Origin: Brevundimonas sp.
GTDB taxonomy: Bacteria; Pseudomonadota; Alphaproteobacteria; Caulobacterales; Caulobacteraceae
Direction of reading: 5' to 3'
DNA length: 64,000 bases
Assembly: GCF_036400995.1 (NCBI RefSeq)
Contig: NZ_DASWWG010000017.1
Location: 5,799-69,798, forward strand
The translations under genes and the position numbers were made by a program. Positions within the stretch are counted from its first letter, which is position 1. Every line of letters begins with the position of its first letter. Below are positions 10,401-18,268 of this stretch, in pieces. Under the pieces are notes generated by a model. It searched no databases, was not told the origin of the DNA, and saw only the letters and a list, made by a program, of their open reading frames with translations.

Positions 10401-13046
10401 CATGCCCGTCGCGTCAGCGCCCGAGTTGGCCACCACATAGGTCGAGCCCGAGGCCGTGTCCGACACCGCCTGGGCGTCGCGTACGGTCACCAGCATGCCT
10501 TCCATCGACTCGTAGAAGTCGATGGCGTCGGTCTCCGGATCGAACGAGGTGAAGTTGTCGTCGTCCACCTGCGCGGTCGGGGCCAGATACTCGCCCACGC
10601 CGTTGCCGATGTAGGTGGTCTGCACCGTGCCCGTGCCGTTGGCGACATAGCTCAGGCCGTTCACGCCCGCGGCGATCTGGGTGATGCTCAGGCTGCCCGC
10701 GGCGCCGACGAACTCCTGCACCACGCCCGAAACGGTCACGGCGCTGCCGACCACGATCCCCGTCGGGGCTGTGCCGGTCGAGACGAAGATGGCGTCCGAG
10801 GTGCGGCGGTCGCCGTCGCCGTTCGGGTCCTGGATGTAGAAGCCGTTGCTGTCGATCGCGGTGACGACGCCGGTGGTGGTCACCTCCTCGCCGGCGTAGC
10901 TCGAGGTGTGGCTCGCGCCCTGGATCGTATAGATGGCCGTCAGGTCGTCGTTGGTGATCGTCCCGGTCGCCGAACCGTCGGTGACGACCGCATTGTTGGT
11001 CGCATTGGACAGGTTCAGGGTGAAGCGCTCGGTCGCTTCCGAGGCCGTGTCGCCGCTGACCGTGACCGTCACCGTCTGGGTCATCACCCCGTCCGCGAAC
11101 GTCAGCGTGCCCGAGGCGGCGGTATAGTCCTGGCCCGCCGTCGCCGTGCCGTCCAGGGTCGCATAGTCGACGGTGAAGGCGCCCGTGCCGCCCGCGCGGG
11201 TCACGGTGAAGGTCATCGTCACCGTTCCGCTGTCGCCCTCGACCACGGTGACGTCATCCACCGACACCGTCGGCGGGGTCGCGTCGTCATTGGTGATCGT
11301 GCCGATGCCGACGCCGTCGCCGATCACCAGACCGCCGGTCGCGTTCGACAGATGAACCTCGAACTGCTCGGTCAGCTCCGGGGTCACGTCGCCGTTGACC
11401 ACCACGGTGAAGGTCGTGGTCAGCTCGCCGTCGGCGAAGGTGGCGGTGCCGTTGGTGCGGACGTAGTCCGAGCCGGCGTTGGCGTCCGTGCCGTTCACCG
11501 GGATCGCGTCTTGGGTCGACCAGTCGACGGTCGCGGCGCCGTCCGCGGTCGTGCGCGTGAGGGTGAAGGTGATCAGGGTCGTGCCGCTGTCGCCCTCGGC
11601 CACCGAGGCGTCGCCCACCGACACCACCGGGGTGAAGGTCTGGCCGCCGTTGATGGCGCCGGGGGTGTCGTCGTTGATCACGGCCCAGGTGAAGTTGTCC
11701 TGCCCGCCCGTGCCGACACGGCCGATCGAGGTGCCGCTGGCGTCGCCCGGCTCCTCAACGCCCGCGCCCACGTCGACGCTGGTCATGCCGCTGGCCGGAC
11801 CGTTGGTGGCGGTCATCGCGCCTTCGTAGCTGATGAACTCGACGACGTTGCCGTTGTTGTCGACCAGGGCGATGCCGTCCGGCGATCCGTTCTGCATGCC
11901 GACGGCCGAGAAGCTCAGCACGCCCATGCCGTTCTGCATGTCGGCGAAGGCGCCCGACAGGTTGATCGTGCCGTACGACTGGCCGTTGCCGCCGTTGTAC
12001 AGCACCAGGGTCCAGCCGTTCAGGTTGGTGCCCGCGCTACCGGCGATCTCGATGAACTCCCCGGCGTCGGTGCCGGCGTTGTCATAGTGGAACTCGTTGA
12101 TGAAGGGCGTCACCGCCCCGGCGGGCACGTCGTCATTGGTGATCACGCCCACGCCCGTGGCGTCCGAGATGGTGCCGGTCGAGGGGCTGGTCAGGGTGAC
12201 GTTCAGGGTCTCGTCGCCCTCGACCACGGCGTCGCTGTTCACCGTGACGGTGATGGTGGTGGTGGTCTGCCCGTCGGCGAAGCTGGCCGTGCCCGATCCG
12301 GCGACATAGTCCACGCCCGCGGTGGCCGTGCCGTCCGAGGTCGCCCAGTTGACGGTGGCCGCGCCCGAGCCGTTGGTCCGGGTGACGGTGAAGGTCATCG
12401 TCACCGTGCCGGCGTCACCCTCCGTCACCACGGCATCGCCGATCGAGAAGGACATGCTGCCGCCGACGCTGAAGCTGCCCGGCGCCGTCTGGTTGGTCGT
12501 GTCGTTCAGGGTCCAGTTCGACTGGCTGCCGATCAGGGCCAGCAGTTCGGCGCGGGTCCCGGAGACGCTGCCCGAATAGGCGGCGTTGTCGATCTCGTTC
12601 AGGGCGATGGCCGTCGTGCCCTCGGTCAGGCCGGGCGGCAGGGCCGAGGTGTTGGCGTTGGTCGCCGAGGCCTGCCAGCCGGTGGCCTCATTGTTCACCG
12701 CGTACAGGAAGGTCGGCGAGGCGTCGGCGCCCTGGTAGGCCAGGATCTGGTCGCCCGAGGTCGAGAAGTTGACGTCGCCGCTGTCGCTGACCGTGCCGAA
12801 ATTGACGGTCGAGACCGTCGCCGTCGTGTCGATGGTGATGACCGTGCCGCGCGAGATGCCGCCCGCGGGCGCCGTCCAGGTGATCGTGCCCTCGCCGGTG
12901 CGGAAGCTGCCGGTGCTCAGCCAGCCGTTGTCGGTGAACTTGATCACCTCGCCCGCCGGGATGTCGACAAGGCAGACAAACGAGAAGGTCTTGTTGGTGT
13001 CCGCGTTCATCGAGATGATCGCGATATCGCCGGCGGCCAGGGTCAT
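7464..13046 (-). CDS. Giant (1860 aa) secreted ExeM/NucH-like extracellular nuclease fused to Calx-beta and RTX calcium-binding repeats
   Basis: No N-terminal signal peptide. Three Calx-beta-like units end in ITNDD (aa ~197-306, 474-587, 593-701). A lamin-tail-like segment follows (FINEFHYDNAGTDAGEFIEIAG, aa ~313-410). The endonuclease/exonuclease/phosphatase domain has LTIASYNVENL, SGDFNAF and SDHDALLA (aa ~968-1245). About 500 aa of GGxGxDxL nonapeptide repeats occupy aa ~1250-1755. GAGGA Shine-Dalgarno before the ATG at 13046. Confidence 0.85.
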   Translation of the reverse strand: MTLAAGDIAIISMNADTNKTFSFVCLVDIPAGEVIKFTDNGWLSTGSFRTGEGTITWTAPAGGISRGTVITIDTTATVSTVNFGTVSDSGDVNFSTSGDQILAYQGADASPTFLYAVNNEATGWQASATNANTSALPPGLTEGTTAIALNEIDNAAYSGSVSGTRAELLALIGSQSNWTLNDTTNQTAPGSFSVGGSMSFSIGDAVVTEGDAGTVTMTFTVTRTNGSGAATVNWATSDGTATAGVDYVAGSGTASFADGQTTTTITVTVNSDAVVEGDETLNVTLTSPSTGTISDATGVGVITNDDVPAGAVTPFINEFHYDNAGTDAGEFIEIAGSAGTNLNGWTLVLYNGGNGQSYGTINLSGAFADMQNGMGVLSFSAVGMQNGSPDGIALVDNNGNVVEFISYEGAMTATNGPASGMTSVDVGAGVEEPGDASGTSIGRVGTGGQDNFTWAVINDDTPGAINGGQTFTPVVSVGDASVAEGDSGTTLITFTLTRTTADGAATVDWSTQDAIPVNGTDANAGSDYVRTNGTATFADGELTTTFTVVVNGDVTPELTEQFEVHLSNATGGLVIGDGVGIGTITNDDATPPTVSVDDVTVVEGDSGTVTMTFTVTRAGGTGAFTVDYATLDGTATAGQDYTAASGTLTFADGVMTQTVTVTVSGDTASEATERFTLNLSNATNNAVVTDGSATGTITNDDLTAIYTIQGASHTSSYAGEEVTTTGVVTAIDSNGFYIQDPNGDGDRRTSDAIFVSTGTAPTGIVVGSAVTVSGVVQEFVGAAGSLSITQIAAGVNGLSYVANGTGTVQTTYIGNGVGEYLAPTAQVDDDNFTSFDPETDAIDFYESMEGMLVTVRDAQAVSDTASGSTYVVANSGADATGMNDRGGITNSAGDFNPEALIIYDDSTISGSYAPNHSVGDRLGDVTGVVSYFGGEYELIVRDTVTVVQDVAATAETTGLVQADTGANEHLTIASYNVENLDPGDGARITELAIDIVSNMGTPDIIGLIEVQDGNDGTLSGQASAQALINQIVAQGGPTYVYVEVPPATEGSSGGEPGGNIRNGFLYNPDRVDYVNGSAVALLDPAFSGSRKPLSAQFEFNGEIITALSIHSTSRIGSDPYMGSTQPPANAGEGGRLAQSQAIEAYLDQLRLVDPNAHIVVSGDFNAFYFEQSVTLLEDGGLNNLWSLVPEEERYSYVFGGNSQTLDHMLVSDTLTTGAQFDGVHINSYMADQASDHDALLAQLVVVGAGNNLVTGTAGADAMAALAGNDTYIVNHAGDVITEAAGAGTDTVQASVSYTLSDNVENLVLTGTAANGTGNASNNIITGNASNNVLTGGDGDDVLAGLGGVNTLNGGAGVDTATYALASTGVDVRLNGNVTRNNGLGGTDTLSGIENVTGSDFDDTLIGSSANNVLAGGLGRDVLLGLAGNDTLIGGSGAANELFGGAGDDLYIVAAQDTVFEAAGEGLDTVQTTVGNFTLGANIENLTYTGSSAFNGVGNASANVIRGGVGADILNGADGADTLVGGAGADVLVGGNGSDTVDYSTSTAGVSVRLAGQFAFDDGFGARDVYSSIENATGSAHADLLFGSAGDNVLNGGLGADTLLGLDGNDTLIGGSGAANTLQGGQGDDLYVVSANDTITEFLNEGIDTVQTTNAGFTLGANLENLTFTGAGAFQGTGNGLANVITGGAGNDRLVGAGGNDTLNGGQGSDTAFYTGVASDYLVEDLGGGQYRVTDSVGGRNGVDILNGIERIEFASGESHTLSAGMPVLSAKETGPQVLPTLVDDDFLPIGKDVGEPLVLPGVDDVSPALAKGAGEALVLPGIDDAGGWDFMVVSNDPAWNRHSDHSPLVTPTLADQLLGG
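7911..8987 (-). repeat. Tandem duplication of a ~540-nt (~180-aa) RTX module inside the giant gene
   Basis: aa ~1354-1533 (GAGVDTATYALASTGVDVRLNG ... GSGAANELFGGAGDDLYIVAAQDTVFEAAGEGLDTVQTTVGNFTLGANIENLTYTG) aligns with aa ~1534-1712 (GNGSDTVDYSTSTAGVSVRLAG ... GSGAANTLQGGQGDDLYVVSANDTITEFLNEGIDTVQTTNAGFTLGANLENLTFTG). Confidence 0.7.
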
Positions 13047-13253
13047 GGGGCGTCCTCGGTCTCTGAAGAAGCCGGACGCGGTTTGACCGCCCGGCGCAAA
13101 TGCTCCGGGGCCGGACCACTCTCTGTTGTGGCGACGATCCCCCTGAAACCGCAGCTAATACTGCTGACCCCTTGGATTTCAAGACTTTCTTAAGACTTAA
13201 AACTGTCGCAAATCCGCCACCTACATGAATGCGCTCGCCTGTCGCGCGAAAGG

Positions 13254-13715
13254 TCAGCGGCGGCGGGCGCGCGGCTTCGCCGCCGGAGGCTGTTCCGCCT
13301 CCACATCCTCGATCCGGCGCCCGGGCCGCCCCTTGATCGGCCCGGCGGGCTTGCCGCGATGCACGGCCAGCCCCCGCGCCTCGACCTCGGCCAGGATGGC
13401 CTCCAGCTCCTTGTCGGTCAGGTGTTCGATGCCGATGAAGCGGGCGTCGGCCTTTTTCACCGCATAGACCAGCTCGTCCAGCTTGGCCTGCATCGCCGCC
13501 CCGTCGCGGTTCTGGGTGTTCTGGATCAGGAACACCATCAGGAAGGTGATGATGGTCGTGCCGGTGTTGATCACCAGCTGCCAGGTCTCGCTGAAGCGGA
13601 ACACCGGACCGGACAGCGCCCAGGCCAGCACGATCCCGCAGCAGGCGATAAAGGTCCACGGCTTGCCCGCGACCTTGGCCGTCAGGGTGGCGAAGCGGAT
13701 GAACAGCTTTTCCAT
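13254..13715 (-). CDS. Low-affinity iron permease family protein
   Basis: 153 aa. The core WQLVINTGTTIITFLMVFLIQNTQNRDGAAMQAKLDELV is the family signature. There are two TM segments and a charged C-terminal tail. Confidence 0.8.
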   Translation of the reverse strand: MEKLFIRFATLTAKVAGKPWTFIACCGIVLAWALSGPVFRFSETWQLVINTGTTIITFLMVFLIQNTQNRDGAAMQAKLDELVYAVKKADARFIGIEHLTDKELEAILAEVEARGLAVHRGKPAGPIKGRPGRRIEDVEAEQPPAAKPRARRR

Positions 13716-13748
13716 GACGGCTGAACCTCGCAGAACGGTGAAGGTTGC

Positions 13749-13934
13749 GTCTCCTCCCCGGTCGCGTTGCGACTGGGGAGGGGGACCGCCCGGGCATCGC
13801 CCGGGTGGTGGAGGGGGCGGCGCTGACGGGGAAGGATTGGCGCCCGGCTTTCAGCCGCCCGCGCCGCCCCCTCCGTCTCGTCGCGTATCCGCGCCGAGCC
13901 ACCTTCCCATCGCGGACCGCGACGGGGAGGAGAC
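13749..13934. repeat. Composite nested-palindrome intergenic element
   Basis: Terminal hairpins CCTCCCCGGTCGC-GTT-GCGACTGGGGAGG (13753-13781) and CCTTCCCATCGCGG-AC-CGCGACGGGGAGG (13902-13930). Outer arms GTCTCCTCCCCGGTCGCG / CGCGACGGGGAGGAGAC. Inner inverted repeat GGAGGGGGCGGCGC / GCGCCGCCCCCTCC. It fills the whole gap between two reverse-strand genes. Confidence 0.6.
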
Positions 13935-13936
13935 GA

Positions 13937-15652
13937 CTACCGCTCCTCCGGCGCCCGCCTCGCCCGCGTCAGCTGCTCGAACGCATAGCCCAGCGACAGG
14001 ACCTTCGCGTCCTCCCACTTCCCGGCGATGAAGCTCATCCCCACCGGCATGCCGCGGTCAAAGCCCATCGGCACCGTCAGGTGCGGATAGCCCGCCACCG
14101 CCGCCAGCCGGCTGGCCGAGCCCTGGGCGTTGTCGTCATCCTCGCGGTCATTGGTCCAGGCGCGCGAGGTCGTCGGCGCGATCAGGGCGACGACGGCGTT
14201 GTCCGCCATCATCCGGTCGATCCCCTCCGGCCCGGCGGCGCGCAGCGAACTGGCCCGGGCGTTGATGTAGACCGGATCCTCCAGCCCCGTCGTCGCCTCG
14301 GCACGCAGGAACAGCTCCTGCCCGAACAGCACCGTCTCGCGCGGCTCGGCGTCGTTGAAGGCGATCACCTCCGCCAGCGTCCGGGTCTTCACCTGCGCCG
14401 GGTCGGTCGAGGCCAGATAGGCGTTCACATCCACCTTCAGCTCGGTCATCAGCACCTGCAGCTCCCAGGCGCCGATGTTGCGGAAGTCGGCGGGCGGCTC
14501 GGTGATGTCCACGATCACCGCTCCGGCGGCGCGCATCGCCTCCAGCGACCGCTCGAACTCGGCCCGCGTCTCCTCCGAATAGGACGGCAGCAGGAACCGC
14601 ATCACCCCGATCCGGGCGCCGTTCAGCGACGTGGAGTCCAGCGCCGCGCGATAATCGACCTTGCGCGCGTCCGCCTCGGCCGTCGCCGGATCTAGCGGAT
14701 CGCTGCCCGCGATGACCGACAGCACGATGGCCGCGTCCTCGACCGTGGTCGTGATCGGCCCGGCCGTGTCCTGCGAATGGCTGATCGGCACGATATAGGT
14801 CCGGCTGACCAGCCCCACGGTCGGCTTGAAGCCCACCACCCCGTTCACCGAGGCCGGGCAGGTGATCGACCCGTCCGTCTCCGTCCCGATGGCCGCCGGA
14901 GCCAGCCCTATGGCCACCGCCACGGCGCTGCCCGAAGACGACCCGCACGGTGTCCGCGCCGGATCATAGGGGTTCAGCGTCTGCCCTCCGACCGCGCTCC
15001 AGCCACTGATCGAGTTCGACGAGCGGATGTTGGCCCACTCCGACAGATTGGTCTTGCCGAGGATCACAGCCCCCGCCTCGCGCAACCGTGTCACCAGCGG
15101 CGCATCCCGCCCGGGCGCATTCTCCGCCAGCGCCAGCGAACCGGCTGTGGTCGGCATGTCGGCGGTCTCGATATTGTCTTTCAGCAGGATGGGAACGCCG
15201 CGAAGCGGTCCGGTCGGAATTCGCCCACCGGTCGGTGGAGCTGAAACCCTGAGAAGGCTGTTGAGCCGAACCGGCGGCTCATCGACATCCGCGCCCGCAG
15301 GCCAGACAACATCGGGCTGCCCCGGGAACACCCACGCATCGTCCATGACGCAGATCCGGGGATGCTCCCTACCGTCAACGAGGCCAGCCACCGTCGGGGG
15401 AGAACCCGGTCCGAAATCACAGATGCCGTCCGCCCCGACAAACACCATGTCGGTCAGGTCCGTCGGCGCCTCCTGCGCCTGCGCCGCCCCCGCCGCCAGC
15501 ATCACCAGCGCGGCGGCGACTCCCGCCAAAGCCCTCCCCTCGAGGGGGAGGGTTGGGAGGGGTGGAGGCAGGCTGCGTCCGGAGGGACTGCCAAAGGCTC
15601 CGTCCAACCCAAGGCCGAGCCTCTCGCGCAATAGTCTGAACCGCACTGCCAT
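13937..15652 (-). CDS. Secreted amidase (amidase-signature family); start codon uncertain
   Basis: KDNIETADMPTTAGS and CGSSSGSAVAVA signature. Hydrophobic leader ALAGVAAALVMLAAGAAQAQ. The track ORF start (15772) overlaps the upstream gene. ATG at 15652 and TTG at 15529 are the alternatives, and both are entangled with a palindromic repeat element. Confidence 0.75.
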   Translation of the reverse strand: MAVRFRLLRERLGLGLDGAFGSPSGRSLPPPLPTLPLEGRALAGVAAALVMLAAGAAQAQEAPTDLTDMVFVGADGICDFGPGSPPTVAGLVDGREHPRICVMDDAWVFPGQPDVVWPAGADVDEPPVRLNSLLRVSAPPTGGRIPTGPLRGVPILLKDNIETADMPTTAGSLALAENAPGRDAPLVTRLREAGAVILGKTNLSEWANIRSSNSISGWSAVGGQTLNPYDPARTPCGSSSGSAVAVAIGLAPAAIGTETDGSITCPASVNGVVGFKPTVGLVSRTYIVPISHSQDTAGPITTTVEDAAIVLSVIAGSDPLDPATAEADARKVDYRAALDSTSLNGARIGVMRFLLPSYSEETRAEFERSLEAMRAAGAVIVDITEPPADFRNIGAWELQVLMTELKVDVNAYLASTDPAQVKTRTLAEVIAFNDAEPRETVLFGQELFLRAEATTGLEDPVYINARASSLRAAGPEGIDRMMADNAVVALIAPTTSRAWTNDREDDDNAQGSASRLAAVAGYPHLTVPMGFDRGMPVGMSFIAGKWEDAKVLSLGYAFEQLTRARRAPEER

Positions 15653-15693
15653 CACCCCATCCCCCGACCCCTTCCCCCTCGAGGGGAAGGGGA
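15532..15693. repeat. Nested-palindrome element of the same family, overlapping the 5' end of the amidase gene
   Basis: Hairpins CCCTCCCCTCGAGGGGGAGGG (15532-15552) and CCCTTCCCCCTCGAGGGGAAGGG (15668-15693). Imperfect inner arms GGTTGGGAGGGGTGGAGG / CCATCACCCCATCCCCCGACC. The right hairpin sits directly after the stop of the S9 peptidase gene. Confidence 0.55.
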
Positions 15694-15698
15694 GATCA

Positions 15699-17972
15699 TC
15701 AATGCGACCGCGTCCCGATGGTCCGGTCCAGGAAGTCCAGATACGTCCGCCACTGCTGCAGCTGACGCTCATTGCCCCGCACCCCGTGACGCTGGCCCGG
15801 ATACAGCATCAGCTCGAACGGCTGGCTGTTCTGCTGCAGGGCGTTGATCACCCGCGTCGAGTTTTCCAGGATCACATTGTCATCGGCCATGCCGTGCATC
15901 AGCAGCAGCCGTCCGGTCAGGTTGGGCAGGCGCGGAATGACGTCCGAGGCGGCATAGCCTTCGACGTTCGCTTCCGGCGTCGACATGTAGCGCTCGGTGT
16001 AGGCGGTATCGTACAGGCCCCACTCCGTCGGCGGCGCGCCCGCCAGCGCTCCGGCCAGGCCCATGCGCGGCTCCGTCGCCGCCATCAGGGTCATGAAGCC
16101 CCCGTAGGACCAGCCCATCATGGCGATGCGATCATCGTCCACAAAAGGCAAGGTTCTCAGATAGTCAGCGGCCAGAACCTGATCCTCGATCTCAGGTTGG
16201 CCCATGCGCAGATACAGGGCTTGCTTGAACGCCGCCGAGCGGTCGCCCTCGCCGCGATTGTCCAGGCGGAAGACGATGTATCCGGCCTCGGTCAACAGTT
16301 GATTGGTCGAGCCCTGCCAGGCGCGCTTGACCCCGCCGCCCGACGGTCCGCCGTACACCTGCATCACCACCGGATAGGTTTTGGTCGGGTCGAAACCGGG
16401 CGGCGTCGTCATCTGCCACACCAGGGTCTCGCCATGGCTCTCCAGCGTGCCGAAGGTCACATTCCCCCGCCGTCCGGCGAACGGATAGTAGGGGTGGCCG
16501 GGCTCCAGGCGGTTCTCCTCGATCCAGCGGATGCGGGTCCCGTCGGCGCGGTACAGGGCCGACTGCGACGGCGTGTCCAGATCGCTGTAGGTGCCGACGA
16601 AGGCGGTGCCCGTCCGGTTCATCGAGGCGCCCCACCAGCCGCCGGCCGGGGTGATCGCCACCGGCGTCATGGTCCGGCGCAGGGACGCGCGGAACAGCTG
16701 CTGCTCGATCGGCAGTTCCTGTCCGTCGCGCATCGAGGCGGTGAAGAAGACGTCGCCCGTGCTCGGGTTGATCCCGGCCAGACCCTTCACCGGATATTGG
16801 CCCTGGGTGATCGCCCGGATGCGGCGGCCGTCACGGTTGAACAGGTACAGGTGCTTCCAGCCGGTCTCTTCCGACGACCAGATGAAGTTGCCGTTGTCCA
16901 GCGCGCGGAAGTCGTGGCTCAGCGGCACCCAGGCGTCCGAACGCTGGGTCACGATCACCCGCGACGCGCCCGTGGCCGGATCGACGCTCAGCAGGTCCAG
17001 CGTCTTCTGGTCTCGCGACAGGCGCTGGACGTACAGGATGCTGCCGTCCGACGACCAGTTCACCCGCGCCAGATAGATGTCGGTGTTCGAACCCAGATCG
17101 ACCTTCACCCGCTGGCCGGTCTCGCGGTCGTGCACATACAGCTCGACCACCGCGTTCGGACGGCCCGCGCGCGGATAGCGCTGCTCCACCGTCGTCGCCC
17201 CGGTCCCGGTGATGTCCAGACGCGGGATGATGTCGACGGTGCTCTCGTCGGTGTGCTGCAGGGCGATGTAACGCTCGGTCGGGCTCCACCAGTAGCCGGT
17301 GTCGCGGTCCAGCTCTTCCTGCGCGATGAACTCGGCCGTGGCCCAGGTCTTCAGGCCGTCGCCGTCGCTGGTGATCGCCGTCTCGGTATTGGTCGACAGG
17401 TCATAGACGACCAGGTCCTGGTCCCGGACCCACGAGACGAAATTGCCGCGCGGCGACACCTTGGCGTCGATCTCGTCGGCCTCGGTCTCGGTCAGGCGGC
17501 GCACCGAGCCGTCGGCCCGGGTCGCCAGGAAGATGTCGCCCTCCAGCGGCGCGAGGATGTAGCGGCCCTGCTCGTCCCACGAATATTCGACCACGCCGCG
17601 CGCGCTGATGCGCATCCGCTCGCGGCGGGCCTTCTCGGCCTCCGACAGCTCGCCCGCGTCCGGGACCAGCGCCCGCGCGTCGATCAGCTTGAACGGCTCG
17701 CCCTCGCCGGTCGGCGCGGCCCACAGGTCCTGCACGTCCACGTCGTCCTCGCGCGAGCGCAGGAAGGCCACCAGTTCCCCGTCCGGCGACAGGCTGACGC
17801 CCTTGGCCACCGGCCCGGCCAGCGACGGGTTCGCGAACACCCGCTCGGGCGTCAGGATCGCGCTCTCGGCGGGGGCGGCGGCGGGCGCCGGGGCGGCCTG
17901 CTGCGCCATCGCGGCGGTGAACGGCGACAGCGTCGCCACAAGCAGGGTGGAAGCCAGCAGGATATTACGCAT
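15699..17972 (-). CDS. S9 serine peptidase, dipeptidyl-peptidase IV-like
   Basis: Signal peptide MRNILLASTLLVATLSPFTAAMAQQ. Long beta-propeller-type N-terminal region. Nucleophile motif MMGWSYGGFM, then HGMADDNV and a C-terminal His region (YPGQRHG). Confidence 0.85.
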   Translation of the reverse strand: MRNILLASTLLVATLSPFTAAMAQQAAPAPAAAPAESAILTPERVFANPSLAGPVAKGVSLSPDGELVAFLRSREDDVDVQDLWAAPTGEGEPFKLIDARALVPDAGELSEAEKARRERMRISARGVVEYSWDEQGRYILAPLEGDIFLATRADGSVRRLTETEADEIDAKVSPRGNFVSWVRDQDLVVYDLSTNTETAITSDGDGLKTWATAEFIAQEELDRDTGYWWSPTERYIALQHTDESTVDIIPRLDITGTGATTVEQRYPRAGRPNAVVELYVHDRETGQRVKVDLGSNTDIYLARVNWSSDGSILYVQRLSRDQKTLDLLSVDPATGASRVIVTQRSDAWVPLSHDFRALDNGNFIWSSEETGWKHLYLFNRDGRRIRAITQGQYPVKGLAGINPSTGDVFFTASMRDGQELPIEQQLFRASLRRTMTPVAITPAGGWWGASMNRTGTAFVGTYSDLDTPSQSALYRADGTRIRWIEENRLEPGHPYYPFAGRRGNVTFGTLESHGETLVWQMTTPPGFDPTKTYPVVMQVYGGPSGGGVKRAWQGSTNQLLTEAGYIVFRLDNRGEGDRSAAFKQALYLRMGQPEIEDQVLAADYLRTLPFVDDDRIAMMGWSYGGFMTLMAATEPRMGLAGALAGAPPTEWGLYDTAYTERYMSTPEANVEGYAASDVIPRLPNLTGRLLLMHGMADDNVILENSTRVINALQQNSQPFELMLYPGQRHGVRGNERQLQQWRTYLDFLDRTIGTRSH

Positions 17973-18040
17973 GAACGCCCGACGATGGATTTTTGAACCG
18001 GAGCCGGACGCTAGAGACCGAACTCACTCCAGTCCAGCAC

Positions 18041-18061
18041 CCCTCTCCCGTCGGGAGAGGG
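18041..18061. repeat. Solo GC-rich palindrome of the intergenic repeat family
   Basis: CCCTCTCCC-GTC-GGGAGAGGG, a perfect 9-bp stem in the divergent S9-peptidase / fpr intergenic region. Confidence 0.5.
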
Positions 18062-18268
18062 AAGTTCGTAGGCTACGTCCAAATTTGCCGCATCGGCGTG
18101 TCACACTGCCTCCCGGTCTTTCCCATCGTCCACCGCCCCCGACGCCGCCTGCGCCCGGCCATGTTCAAGTTTGGGTCTTCTCGTTTCGCTCAAAACCCGA
18201 ACTCAAAAATTTTTCCGCGACACCCCATCCCTTCCCCCCCGCCCCGGCGCGCCCTAATAAGCGCGGCA

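Noticed and set aside
7512-13193. A 1893-aa uninterrupted ORF on the forward strand, antisense to the giant gene. Similar long antisense ORFs occur at 546-2396, 15027-17996, 22025-23890, 37154-39547, 39793-41571 and 55993-57636.
   Set aside because: These are shadow ORFs, typical of very GC-rich DNA. Their translations are Arg/Gly/Ala/Pro/Asp-rich with no recognisable motifs. The opposite strand in each case encodes a protein with clear family signatures.
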